A stretch of DNA of 64,000 nucleotides. It comes from an uncultured virus (IMG/VR IMGVR_UViG_3300024999_000005). Lineage: Duplodnaviria > Heunggongvirae > Uroviricota > Caudoviricetes. The stretch lies in the IMG/VR virus record IMGVR_UViG_3300024999_000005, one strand, 5' to 3'. Shown here in pieces: positions 27,646-36,434 of this stretch; the first letter of the stretch is position 1; each line of letters starts with the position of its first letter. The position numbers and the translations under genes are program-made. The notes below the pieces were generated by a model that had not been told where the DNA came from, made no database searches, and saw only the letters and a program-made list of their open reading frames with translations.

Positions 27646-30288
27646 TTAATCCCCCTTTTTATTTTTCTTTTGGGCTTTAGCTTCTTCCTTTCGCTCCTCT
27701 CGCCAAGCTTCATCCCGTAGCGTTATTTTCCGCTTGCCCTGGATGTAGTCAGTAACCTCCTTCCAGTGCCGGCCGAAATATTCTGAACATTGCGATCGCC
27801 GATAACTCCGATCCTTAACCGGCCTTGGTGGCGCTGTCATATGGCAAATAAACGCTGGCAAACTATCAGCACTCGGCAACTCCATCTTGCAAGCAGCAAC
27901 CCAACGCTTTGGCAGTTGTTCGTATAGCTTTCTAGCCTCCAAGGGGGTTAACTTTTCCGCATGGTCGATGAAAGTTTTCTGGAACTCAGTTTTAAAGAAG
28001 TTGAAAAACGGCCCGCCTGCATAAATACCAGCCTTGTATTTTCCAAACTGCTCTGCACTGTGAGCAAGAAAAATCATCTTGTTTCGATACTTCCGGGCCT
28101 CCACTCCTATTTCACCGTCCAGGAGTGGCCCAGTACCCTCTAGGCAGTTGTGCGGTTCGTCGATGATTGTATAAAACGGCCTGCGTTTGCTCTGTGGAGT
28201 ATCCAAACGACTTAAAGTAGCTAACCATATTTTAGCCATCAGGAAACTTGCCACGCGGTTAACTCCGTCCTTGCCAAGCTCAGCTTTGGGTATCCTGAGC
28301 CCTACGAAGTACCCACCCTCATCCATCATTTTGCGGAAATCCAAAACAGGCTTGCCATCCTGACCTAACTTTTCCTGCTGTAAAAATATATTTACTAAGG
28401 TTCGCTTACCAGCCAGCAAATTAAGCCGGTCTAAAATGGGCTGTACTAAAGTTTTGTCGGAGCCCTTGACGGCTTTTTGCTGTAACTCCCGCAAAACATC
28501 AACAACCTCCGACTGCTGCTGAATAGTCTGGTCCTGCAATAACTCCTCTCGGTAAACTGGTGATGATAAAGCCAGCACTACATCTAGCAACCCACGGCGC
28601 GGATCTGTCAGCACGCCTTTTCCGACAGGTGATAGAAAGTATTCCATCCTATCTGAAAACTCGCTGCTGGCTAGTTGGTTTATAAACGTATATATGTAGT
28701 CAGTCATTCGCTCTGCAGCGTCCAAAGCGGCTAGTTCGTCGCTCTCCCCCTGCATCCCACGCAAAGCAACATCAGTCAGTGTCAAAGGTATCGGCCAGTG
28801 CTTGCAGCCAAAATCTAAGTCAAGTATTTTGTGATCAGGTGTATCGCTTGGTAGACTATCCCTGACAGCGTCAATAGCGGCACCATCGGCCATGTCGAAA
28901 AGGAATACCGTTCTGTTATTTTTAACACCTTCGACAGCAAGCACAATCCCCCTCCCTGTTTTACCACATCCCATATTTCCGTAGTCAATCTCTGTTTTGC
29001 ACTCAATATCTGGGTCGCTGATAGGTAACATGGCCTGTCGTGTTACTCCCCTATCTGTAACTTTCCCTAATGGTATACCAACAGTACCGAACAGTTCTGC
29101 AGGCAGGGTAATTTCCTGGAGCTTAATCCCGTTGATCTGCGGATAGTCCTCCTGGAGTTCCCGGCCGGGTATTTGTATCAGTTTCCCAGACTCTGCAGTC
29201 GATAAAATACTGTAGTTAAATTTCAGCTTTGGCAGTCGCTTGGTCGTCATGGCTTCGATAGCTGCAGCTTTCTTTTTCCGGTTTTTTACCTCCCTTGCTT
29301 CAAATTCATTATCCCCTACAAGGTCAGCAAAAGCTCCTGCCAGAGTGCGGGCAGTTGATTCTCTGCTACCTCTATCGTCAGATTGTGCCACTATCCAAAG
29401 ATAGGTACGCATGGCACCCATCCCACCCTTACGCTTTGTTGCCGATGTTAAATTTTCTATCGCAAACAGCCCTGCCTCCGGGTCTACTTCTTTTTTGGCG
29501 TAACGGTTCTCTTGTTTGTCGGATTTGATCATGTCGCCAAGCCCCACCATAACCTCCTGCATCAACTGCCCTGTGCAGGTCAATCCTGAACGTAAATAGC
29601 CGCTAGCATCACCGTTCCGTTTCAGCGGTTGCCGTCCGTTCCTGAGCATCTCCCAGGCCTCTTGATAAGTAGCGTTCCAATCAAGGCGGCCCACAGGATC
29701 AAAAAATATAAATACTTTTGCCTTGTCGGTGCCGTGCAGGGTCTTAACTGCCTGCAGTAGGGACGGCAAAGGCAGGTTGTTTTTACTGTCAGCAAGTAAC
29801 GAATACATATCATGCTTACGATAGACTAACTCATATACAGTAGCTTTGTCGGGCTCCCAGGCTTCGCGGCAATCACCGTCAACAGTGATAGTTGACTTAT
29901 CCCATATGCCACTTAACCTGCGTATCCAACTATCAACACGATCTCCCGGCACTGTCAGGAGGAAATCAATACTGCCCTGGGTGTAGTCAATCTCCCATGT
30001 TGCGCGGTCAGACTGCCGGTATCTTAACTTCCATCCGTCCTCAAAATAAAACCTATCCAGAGGTATTTTAAAAGCGTCTGTTATGGATTTAGCTATGTCC
30101 TCCGTGTGCCAGTTCCGGGCCGATGTGTCCGGACGGACGCGGATAACCCTATGTGCAGGAGCGACTATCTGGTAATGACTACGGAGGTTAAAACGCTGTT
30201 TTTGCTCATTCTCGTACCATTCAGCGTCTATGTAGTCAGTCTGATTATTTTTCGGTACCAGGGCAGTTGACTGAAAAAACTTTTTCAA
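27646..30288 (-). CDS. VirB4/TraD/HerA-FtsK-superfamily ATPase (~880 aa)
   Basis: GNMGCGKT Walker A, IIDEPH Walker B, EARKY, LAHS; start moved to TTG 30288 after an AGGTGA RBS. Confidence 0.8.
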   Translation of the reverse strand: MKKFFQSTALVPKNNQTDYIDAEWYENEQKQRFNLRSHYQIVAPAHRVIRVRPDTSARNWHTEDIAKSITDAFKIPLDRFYFEDGWKLRYRQSDRATWEIDYTQGSIDFLLTVPGDRVDSWIRRLSGIWDKSTITVDGDCREAWEPDKATVYELVYRKHDMYSLLADSKNNLPLPSLLQAVKTLHGTDKAKVFIFFDPVGRLDWNATYQEAWEMLRNGRQPLKRNGDASGYLRSGLTCTGQLMQEVMVGLGDMIKSDKQENRYAKKEVDPEAGLFAIENLTSATKRKGGMGAMRTYLWIVAQSDDRGSRESTARTLAGAFADLVGDNEFEAREVKNRKKKAAAIEAMTTKRLPKLKFNYSILSTAESGKLIQIPGRELQEDYPQINGIKLQEITLPAELFGTVGIPLGKVTDRGVTRQAMLPISDPDIECKTEIDYGNMGCGKTGRGIVLAVEGVKNNRTVFLFDMADGAAIDAVRDSLPSDTPDHKILDLDFGCKHWPIPLTLTDVALRGMQGESDELAALDAAERMTDYIYTFINQLASSEFSDRMEYFLSPVGKGVLTDPRRGLLDVVLALSSPVYREELLQDQTIQQQSEVVDVLRELQQKAVKGSDKTLVQPILDRLNLLAGKRTLVNIFLQQEKLGQDGKPVLDFRKMMDEGGYFVGLRIPKAELGKDGVNRVASFLMAKIWLATLSRLDTPQSKRRPFYTIIDEPHNCLEGTGPLLDGEIGVEARKYRNKMIFLAHSAEQFGKYKAGIYAGGPFFNFFKTEFQKTFIDHAEKLTPLEARKLYEQLPKRWVAACKMELPSADSLPAFICHMTAPPRPVKDRSYRRSQCSEYFGRHWKEVTDYIQGKRKITLRDEAWREERKEEAKAQKKNKKGD

Positions 30289-30358
30289 AAAATCACCTAC
30301 TTTTTTTAAAAATAGTGTTTGACAAGCGGTAACGCTTAAACGAAAGGGGATTAAACAA

Positions 30359-30556
30359 ATGCTAACAATAGGCATGTATGAAAACGGGATGTTCAACTGG
30401 GAAATTGAGTTTGACGATGATTTTCTGGATAATCCATATTTTGCCGCTTCGCTTGACAATCGCTTTACTCACGATGATAGCGGACTTTACTTCAGCGGAT
30501 CCGAAAAAGAATACCGCGAAGTAATAGAAAAAGCTATTAGGGATTTTGGTAACTAA
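30359..30556 (+). CDS. Small acidic protein
   Basis: AAGGGGA RBS; 65 aa. Confidence 0.6.
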   Translation: MLTIGMYENGMFNWEIEFDDDFLDNPYFAASLDNRFTHDDSGLYFSGSEKEYREVIEKAIRDFGN

Positions 30557-30557
30557 T

Positions 30558-30722
30558 ATGCACGAAATACTTGACAAAATCATGGGAGTTGAAGACGCCT
30601 CCAAGCTTTGGGGCCTAGCTCCCAGCACGGTTAAAGACATGTGCGCTGCTGGCAAAGTCACTGCCGTAAAAATCGGGAAAACTTGGGTAATACCCAAAGA
30701 CCACCCGAATCCAAAAAAATAA
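30558..30722 (+). CDS. HTH_17/excisionase-like DNA-binding protein (54 aa; below cutoff)
   Basis: MHEILDKIMGVEDASKLWGLAPSTVKDMCAAGKVTAVKIGKTWVIP. Confidence 0.75.
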   Translation: MHEILDKIMGVEDASKLWGLAPSTVKDMCAAGKVTAVKIGKTWVIPKDHPNPKK

Positions 30723-30737
30723 GAAGGAGGAATTTTG

Positions 30738-30968
30738 ATGCTTAAACTTATTGGACCCGCCGCTTTTCGTGCAACTACTGTATGCCCCGGCACTATCAAA
30801 ATTGGTATTTCAGAAGTACCCTGCAGATCTACCATGATAGTAGGGACTGTTTGTAGGATGCCGGACGGCACCCCTTATGCCGACGCTGTTTGTGCTACCT
30901 GCGGTTATTACCTTGACAGTACCCCGTCTGAGGACGATCTCAGACGACTGCATATTAGAAGCGTATAG
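30738..30968 (+). CDS. Small Zn-ribbon protein
   Basis: AGAAGGAGG RBS; CATCG. Confidence 0.55.
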   Translation: MLKLIGPAAFRATTVCPGTIKIGISEVPCRSTMIVGTVCRMPDGTPYADAVCATCGYYLDSTPSEDDLRRLHIRSV

Positions 30969-31028
30969 CGGATATCAAAAAAATCCGGTTTGTGGTCAAC
31001 CGTTAAAACCACAGAAGGAGGAATTTTG

Positions 31029-31283
31029 ATGAAAGATGCAATTTTAACTTTAGTCGTTTATGTGCCATTGCCAGACCGTAAATATAGGAATCATGTTTAC
31101 TCTGTGGATTGGGCGGGCCACACAGCAACCTGCAAAAGCTCCACGGAAGCCGAAAATGTAATCAGGGAAGAACATTTAAATATTGTCACCAGACAGACGG
31201 AAGTTTACTGGGAAGACGATATTTTATCCCACAGAGAGTCAGGCATACGGTCTGCCATGATTCCTTTTTGGAAAGAATGGTAG
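31029..31283 (+). CDS. Small hypothetical protein
   Basis: AGAAGGAGG RBS; followed by terminator aaccgcc/ggcggtt. Confidence 0.6.
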   Translation: MKDAILTLVVYVPLPDRKYRNHVYSVDWAGHTATCKSSTEAENVIREEHLNIVTRQTEVYWEDDILSHRESGIRSAMIPFWKEW

Positions 31284-31322
31284 AATCGTCTATTAATTAA
31301 CCGCCTACGGGCGGTTTTTATT

Positions 31323-31448
31323 TTACCAGCCCTCGCGCTTCAAAGACTGCAGTTCTTTTACTTTCTTCTGGATTTTCTTTTTATCGGCGTCAGACTTAGG
31401 CTTTAATCCTTTTAGACAGCTTATAGCATCGTCAATATTTCTGCTCAC
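31323..31448 (-). CDS. Small basic protein
   Basis: GGGAGG RBS with GTG start. Confidence 0.5.
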   Translation of the reverse strand: MSRNIDDAISCLKGLKPKSDADKKKIQKKVKELQSLKREGW

Positions 31449-31534
31449 AGTTATTCCTCCCTCTCTTTTAAAATGTGTATAATACACGCTCATCCTGCGC
31501 AAAATATAATCAAACACAAAAAGGAGTGCTGGAA

Positions 31535-31768
31535 ATGATAAATCTTAAACACATTAAAACTACTGACGGCATCGTGCCGATTATAAACAGAACTCTTGAA
31601 GTATTAACGGGTGACAAAACAAATAAATCGTTCGTTATTGTTGAAACTAAAATTGGTAAATGGATAAGTTTCTTTATGGATGAACTAGATAATGCTCTTT
31701 ATAGTGGCAGTGATCTGAAAGTTGCTTACCACGATAATCATATTGATGCTATTAAGTTTAGAGCATAG
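31535..31768 (+). CDS. Hypothetical protein behind a sigma-G-like promoter
   Basis: AAGGAG RBS; GTATA(31477)-18-CAAAATA(31500). Confidence 0.6.
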   Translation: MINLKHIKTTDGIVPIINRTLEVLTGDKTNKSFVIVETKIGKWISFFMDELDNALYSGSDLKVAYHDNHIDAIKFRA

Positions 31769-31778
31769 GACGCCGTTT

Positions 31779-32015
31779 TTATTTTAATGATGCACCAACA
31801 ACCTGCACCACCACATACAACGCCACCGAAAACAGCACACCCTTCCGGGCCAGAGAAAAGCCAAACATCGAGAAAAGCAACGACACCATAGCGCCCATAA
31901 GGCAAAATTCAAACGAATAGTAGTAAAACGCTGTCCCGACTCCAGTAATAACAGTAACCCACCCAGTCAGCTTTTTCAGTCCCATCCCGACCAACCAAGC
32001 AGCCATTCCAGGCAA
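31779..32015 (-). CDS. Small membrane protein
   Basis: Hydrophobic ORF directly after the pilin-like gene. Confidence 0.6.
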   Translation of the reverse strand: MPGMAAWLVGMGLKKLTGWVTVITGVGTAFYYYSFEFCLMGAMVSLLFSMFGFSLARKGVLFSVALYVVVQVVGASLK

Positions 32016-32588
32016 TTACGCCACCCCCAGCAGTCCCATAGCGAGAGGCATAACGCTGAGCGCCCCCTTGATCTGGTAGAAGAAAAATGGGATAATAAAC
32101 ACCCCGATGTAACCAAGCATGGCATACTTGATTTTGTCCTTGCCTCCGGGATTGCCGATTATAATTTCAATTAATCCCCAAATAGCCATGCCGATACCGA
32201 CAGGTAAAGCTAACTCCTGCAACATCGAGATAACGGGCTGCAATGCCGGAGCAATGCCGATGTAGGCCGTATTTGCGACTGGTACTGCCTGATTTGCTAC
32301 GCTGTACTGCCCTGTCATGGCTGAGATTGGAGCAGTAGCCAGGAGGTTTATGCCTGTAGTCAAAGGTAGTATGTGGCGCTTGGCAGCCTCACGAATGCGG
32401 GCCAGTCTGTCGCGCAAAGTTTCGGTTTTTGGTTGTGGTTTGGTAACTGCTACCGGGGATGATTCGGGTCTGACTTGGATATTGGTTGATTTTTTAACTT
32501 TGGTCTGCCATGTAAAAGCTTCGTTTTTAACTGGTTTTTCTGCTGACTGTCTATAATTTAATGGTTTGCCGTTGATTTTTATGATCAT
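32016..32588 (-). CDS. TrbC/VirB2 pilin-like membrane protein with a long basic leader
   Basis: ISMLQELALPVGIGMAIWGLIEIIIG...GKDKIKYAMLGYIGVFIIP two-TM pattern. Confidence 0.6.
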   Translation of the reverse strand: MIIKINGKPLNYRQSAEKPVKNEAFTWQTKVKKSTNIQVRPESSPVAVTKPQPKTETLRDRLARIREAAKRHILPLTTGINLLATAPISAMTGQYSVANQAVPVANTAYIGIAPALQPVISMLQELALPVGIGMAIWGLIEIIIGNPGGKDKIKYAMLGYIGVFIIPFFFYQIKGALSVMPLAMGLLGVA

Positions 32589-32698
32589 TCGATAACCACC
32601 TTTCAAAATGTTAAACCGTTCTGTTTAATATGTGTTACAATTTTATGTCTTATTGCTTGTCCACTATTCCAATAAAAATAGAGCCTACCGAAGGTAAT

Positions 32699-33088
32699 TT
32701 ATTCCTCAATAGGTTCTACATAAAATAAATCGTCTGTATTGCATCCCGTAGCCCTTGCCAGCAGGACGGCAGCAGTTACAGTAGGCTCGTGGTGACCGTT
32801 CGCTATTTGGCTTATGTATGCCCTGTTAATGCCTGTTTCCAGTGCTAATTGTGCCTGAGTTTTGCCGGATAACCGCATTGCATCCTTTATGTTATTTCTT
32901 AGGCGTATTGTCTTTTTTGTCGCTGGTTTGTCAGGTTCCTTATCCCGGTTATACGGCTTCAACCAGTCATCAATTATTTGCTGGATAAATAGCTTTTCGG
33001 TCAGTCCTAGATCTATTTTTCGCGCTTTGGCGTATATGGTACATAAAATCTCTGCCATGTCCGAAGGCAGGTCTAATTGTCTAAACAT
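32699..33088 (-). CDS. XRE HTH regulator
   Basis: LRNNIKDAM...TQAQLALETGINRAYISQIANG...DDLFY. Confidence 0.85.
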   Translation of the reverse strand: MFRQLDLPSDMAEILCTIYAKARKIDLGLTEKLFIQQIIDDWLKPYNRDKEPDKPATKKTIRLRNNIKDAMRLSGKTQAQLALETGINRAYISQIANGHHEPTVTAAVLLARATGCNTDDLFYVEPIEE

Positions 33089-33156
33089 TAAAATCACCCC
33101 TTTGTTATGTATATTCAACATTGACTCGGGAAATAATACTGCCAGAGGTGATTGTT

Positions 33157-33291
33157 TTGTTATCAGTATTAAAAACATCAAAACTTATAGGCAAGGAATA
33201 CGACCGCGACAGCTACGACATCAACAGAGCTGCCAAGGATATAGCCACTAAAACCCTTAAAAAAGGTACCCAAACAAAAAAACCCTCTTAG
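33157..33291 (+). CDS. 44-aa basic peptide behind a sigma-F-like promoter
   Basis: AGAGGTG RBS with TTG; GTATA(33109)-15-GGAAATAATA(33129). Confidence 0.5.
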   Translation: MLSVLKTSKLIGKEYDRDSYDINRAAKDIATKTLKKGTQTKKPS

Positions 33292-33516
33292 TTTAATCTA
33301 AGTTGGGGTTTTTTGTTGCCCTCAACGCTGTGTACTGCGTCTCTTGGGTATTCTCCGCATCGCGCACCACATAAGCAGAAGCGAAACGGAACCAGTATAA
33401 CTTGTTTATTTGGCCTGCCGCACTTCACAACGGATTGGTACAGCAGGCACTCATCAAGTTTTTAAATTAATGTCCTCCCCTGGTACGCATTATTAAGAGG
33501 CGCGGGAGGATCTGTT
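33273..33516 (-). ncRNA. Putative ~240-nt structured small RNA
   Basis: TTGACT-17-TATAAT promoter (33551-33523), three hairpins with G-U pairs on the minus strand, terminator 33273-33317, no credible ORF. Confidence 0.55.
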
Positions 33517-33846
33517 AGGCCTATTATAGTCAAAGATAATAAATTAGTCAATGGGACGCCAAAACCCCGTCAACCCTATGTACATAATACCAAGCATAGC
33601 TGGGCTTCGGTTTGACGAGGTACCGGACATGTCTGCCAACATGCTTATTTTACTCTTATTTCGGATATATTTCAATAGTGCCGGAAATGCCCTACTGCTT
33701 TTTTGCGTTACTCTTAACTTCGTTAATGCGTTACTCAAAAGCTATTCCCTAATAGATTGAAATATGCTAGTTTTGAGTAAAATAATCTGATGGGAAGTTT
33801 AGGTAGTGCTGTATGGCGAAAAAAAATAAGCACCACCAAAGGAGTG

Positions 33847-34206
33847 CTATAATATTTTTTTGACTGCCAACCAAAGAGCGTCACAAAGCTTTCCGTCAAG
33901 TACGCTCAGGTAAAAATCTTCCCCCAAAGCCCAAAAATAACTTGGCTCACACGGATCGTATTCAACCTTGCCGGAGTTCTGCAGTATCTCAATCATCTGT
34001 CCGACGCTCAGTAGAGGAATAGCAGAATTCAGATTGAGATATTTAATATTTTGTTCGGTGACAACAAGAGCTTCACCGTGAGTGCAGTTAAATGTAAAAT
34101 GCTTTACATAAAAGTCGCCTGCGCGCACTTCCCATAACTCCCGAAGTCTGACCTTCTGCTCTTCAGCTAGTCCCTGCAAATCTTGCGGTTCTAGTCGCTG
34201 TTTCAT
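33847..34206 (-). CDS. Conserved-looking phage protein
   Basis: MKQRL...PLLSVGQMIEIL...LCDALW.AVK.IL pattern; GGAGGTG RBS. Confidence 0.7.
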   Translation of the reverse strand: MKQRLEPQDLQGLAEEQKVRLRELWEVRAGDFYVKHFTFNCTHGEALVVTEQNIKYLNLNSAIPLLSVGQMIEILQNSGKVEYDPCEPSYFWALGEDFYLSVLDGKLCDALWLAVKKIL

Positions 34207-34354
34207 TCGGCACCTCCATGACGTCCCAACCGTTTTCCCATGCCCAGTCCATAGCCTGGTCGCAGGAGTCAAGGGATTTTACGGTTTTTCCGTTTTCAAT
34301 AGAGACTACTTCCCACTTGCCTCCTTCCAGAATGACTTTTGCTAATTTATCCAC
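34163..34354 (-). CDS. Small hypothetical protein
   Basis: GGGAGGG RBS with GTG. Confidence 0.55.
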   Translation of the reverse strand: MDKLAKVILEGGKWEVVSIENGKTVKSLDSCDQAMDWAWENGWDVMEVPNETATRTARFAGTS

Positions 34355-34531
34355 TCAATTTCCCTCCCTTCTTATTAAATTCCGCATCACCTCAGAAGCG
34401 GTTATTTCCTGTTTTTTCGCTAACTTCTCCAGTTTTTCTATGTCCGACTGAAGAAGTCTGTAGGTCTTGGTAATCAATTTGTCTGCTATTTCCGGTCTCC
34501 CGGCTCCCTCGCGCTTTCCGCCCTTGGGCAT
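34355..34531 (-). CDS. GGxRxGAGRP-motif ribbon-helix-helix regulator
   Basis: MPKGGKREGAGRP...LEKLAKKQEITASEVMRNLI. Confidence 0.75.
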   Translation of the reverse strand: MPKGGKREGAGRPEIADKLITKTYRLLQSDIEKLEKLAKKQEITASEVMRNLIRREGN

Positions 34532-34580
34532 CAACTCAACTCCTTTCCCCACTCACCAACTAGACAAGTGGGATTTTTAT

Positions 34581-34859
34581 TTATGGTAATTTTCTTTTTC
34601 TGTCATGCGGTAGGTACGTCTGACAGATAAGATGTACCATTGACTTGTGCCTGATGCGCCTTGGTGAAGCCAAGTAATCTCCACCAACATCCTTGTTACC
34701 GAAAACCTCTTTGTCGTACTTCCAACCATGGCTGAACCATGCGGCCATGCCGTTTGAAGCGTTTTTTCCAACATGAATTTTCATAAGCTGTCTGGCGTAC
34801 GCTGGTTCAATAGCTTTTGTTCTAACCAGGCAACGCAAAGTTAAAAACATTTTTCTCAC
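34581..34859 (-). CDS. Small basic hypothetical protein
   Basis: AGGGGG RBS with GTG. Confidence 0.5.
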   Translation of the reverse strand: MRKMFLTLRCLVRTKAIEPAYARQLMKIHVGKNASNGMAAWFSHGWKYDKEVFGNKDVGGDYLASPRRIRHKSMVHLICQTYLPHDRKRKLP

Positions 34860-34886
34860 TAGAATTCCCCCTAAATTATTTTTTCG

Positions 34887-34914
34887 TTAGGCCAGGCAAC
34901 CCGCCCGACCTAAC
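34887..34914. repeat. 28-bp hairpin repeat, copy 1
   Basis: ttaggccaggcaacccgcccgacctaac, identical to 46806-46833. Confidence 0.95.
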
Positions 34915-34924
34915 CTTTTTTTGA

Positions 34925-35284
34925 CTATGCTAATAATTCCTTTTCCCAGATACCCTTCCAGAAGTAGTACCACCACGTGCTTTGTCCGTTAGTGTTCCTT
35001 TCCTCTGTTTCTGCGTTCGGCACTAACTCCAAAACTGCCACACCATCCGGGAACATTTGCATCCACTCTTCCCTAGTTACCCCGTTTTCCAACTTAACCT
35101 GCATCTCAGTATCCGCAAAGTCTGTACTGTCCTGCGGGTAGGTAAAAACCTTGTCTCCGTCGAAGTCAATATCTTCTGACACTTGACGACTGAATCCCGC
35201 CTGACGACTCAGTCCGTCTCCTGCTATAATATTGTATTTACATGTTCCTTCAATGAATGGTGCTATCTGTGCGAATAATTTCAT
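34925..35284 (-). CDS. Acidic hypothetical protein, first gene of a small operon
   Basis: AAGGGAG RBS; promoter TTGCAT-16-TATAAT with extended -10 TG at 35372-35345. Confidence 0.7.
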   Translation of the reverse strand: MKLFAQIAPFIEGTCKYNIIAGDGLSRQAGFSRQVSEDIDFDGDKVFTYPQDSTDFADTEMQVKLENGVTREEWMQMFPDGVAVLELVPNAETEERNTNGQSTWWYYFWKGIWEKELLA

Positions 35285-35612
35285 TATTTAATCTCCCTTC
35301 GGCTCTGTGACCGTTTTGTTTTTTATTTGCTTTCCTTAAATATAATTATAGCAGATCCATAGAATAATGCAATACATAAATCAAAGAAAGTTAAAATATA
35401 TTTTTTTGCGGAAAATAGTATTTAAGCGATTTTATTTATTTGTGAAAGCAATGAGTCATTTTTATATGCTCATCCATTATATGCATCACTCATTGATCAA
35501 TAAAATAGCCAATAATATTAAAGGAAACTTTTATGTTTATAACGAAATATCTAAATAAAATATTTTACCAAGGAGGTGACTTTACATTTATCAGAAAATT
35601 AAAAAAATTGCA

Positions 35613-35894
35613 ATGTTCCTAAGAAGAATTTCTATTGCATTTATTGGACTCTCTGGACTCATTATTTTTATATATCTTTTAATTACTATTACGCTTTCAT
35701 TGCAAAATAAAAAGTTAATTCAGGATACAGTGCATATGGGAGTTATCACTTTATTAATAATGATGCTCTCTCTGCCTGGCATTATAAGTCAATTCTATAA
35801 AGAAATTTTCAATGAAAAGGGAAGATTCAAGGGCACAATGACATGTCCCTGCTGTGGAAGTAAAGCAGATATTGAAATAGAAGAGGTTAAATAG
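35613..35894 (+). CDS. Membrane protein with a C-terminal CPCCG motif (AT-rich moron)
   Basis: Two TM helices; terminator near 35914-35946. Confidence 0.6.
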   Translation: MFLRRISIAFIGLSGLIIFIYLLITITLSLQNKKLIQDTVHMGVITLLIMMLSLPGIISQFYKEIFNEKGRFKGTMTCPCCGSKADIEIEEVK

Positions 35895-35948
35895 TATATA
35901 AAGAAAAGGAAAAGGAGCTGACTATGGGTGACAGCCCCTTTTTTTGTG

Positions 35949-36059
35949 CTATTTTATTTTGCGTCCTACAAAGAAAAGCATGGCACCTAATACAACCAGT
36001 CCCATAATCGGAACTCCTATACCCTTTCCACCATAAGCAATACCTATTTTCTTCAACAT
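35949..36059 (-). CDS. 36-aa single-TM peptide
   Basis: MLKKIGIAYGGKGIGVPIMGLVVLGAMLFFVGRKIK; AAGGAGGGG RBS. Confidence 0.55.
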   Translation of the reverse strand: MLKKIGIAYGGKGIGVPIMGLVVLGAMLFFVGRKIK

Positions 36060-36232
36060 TTCCCCTCCTTTCCTAACAAACATATATTCTCATAATAGCA
36101 TGTAGATAAATTTAATCAAATTACAGTAAAGTAAAATATGTTCTAATTTCTATTATTTAATTTCATTATCTGCCATTATCATTAAGTTTTTAAATTTAAT
36201 GAAAAAACCAGGTCTTCACCTGGCTAGTTAAT

Positions 36233-36430
36233 CTAGTAATTGGTATGATTATTTCCGATTCGTTCAGAGCATGTTAGGCATCCTGCTTCCCCGTTATACC
36301 TGCAATAATGATTAGGTCCAGGAGTGCGACACATTCTTATTTTCTTAAACAATTCACCCATGGGATCGATAACGGTGTTATAGCAACCCCAAGAAACGAT
36401 AGTCTCCAGTTTTTCTGAGTCTGAGTGCAC
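36233..36430 (-). CDS. Small Cys-rich protein
   Basis: AAGGGAGG RBS. Confidence 0.5.
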   Translation of the reverse strand: MHSDSEKLETIVSWGCYNTVIDPMGELFKKIRMCRTPGPNHYCRYNGEAGCLTCSERIGNNHTNY

Positions 36431-36434
36431 AAAA

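Noticed and set aside
30289..30459. N-terminal 57 aa of the 937-aa ATPase ORF
   Set aside because: Overlaps a plus-strand gene; a TTG with an AGGTGA RBS at 30288 is the better start
33544..33760. Overlapping 64- and 69-aa ORFs on both strands
   Set aside because: No convincing RBS or recognisable features; not called
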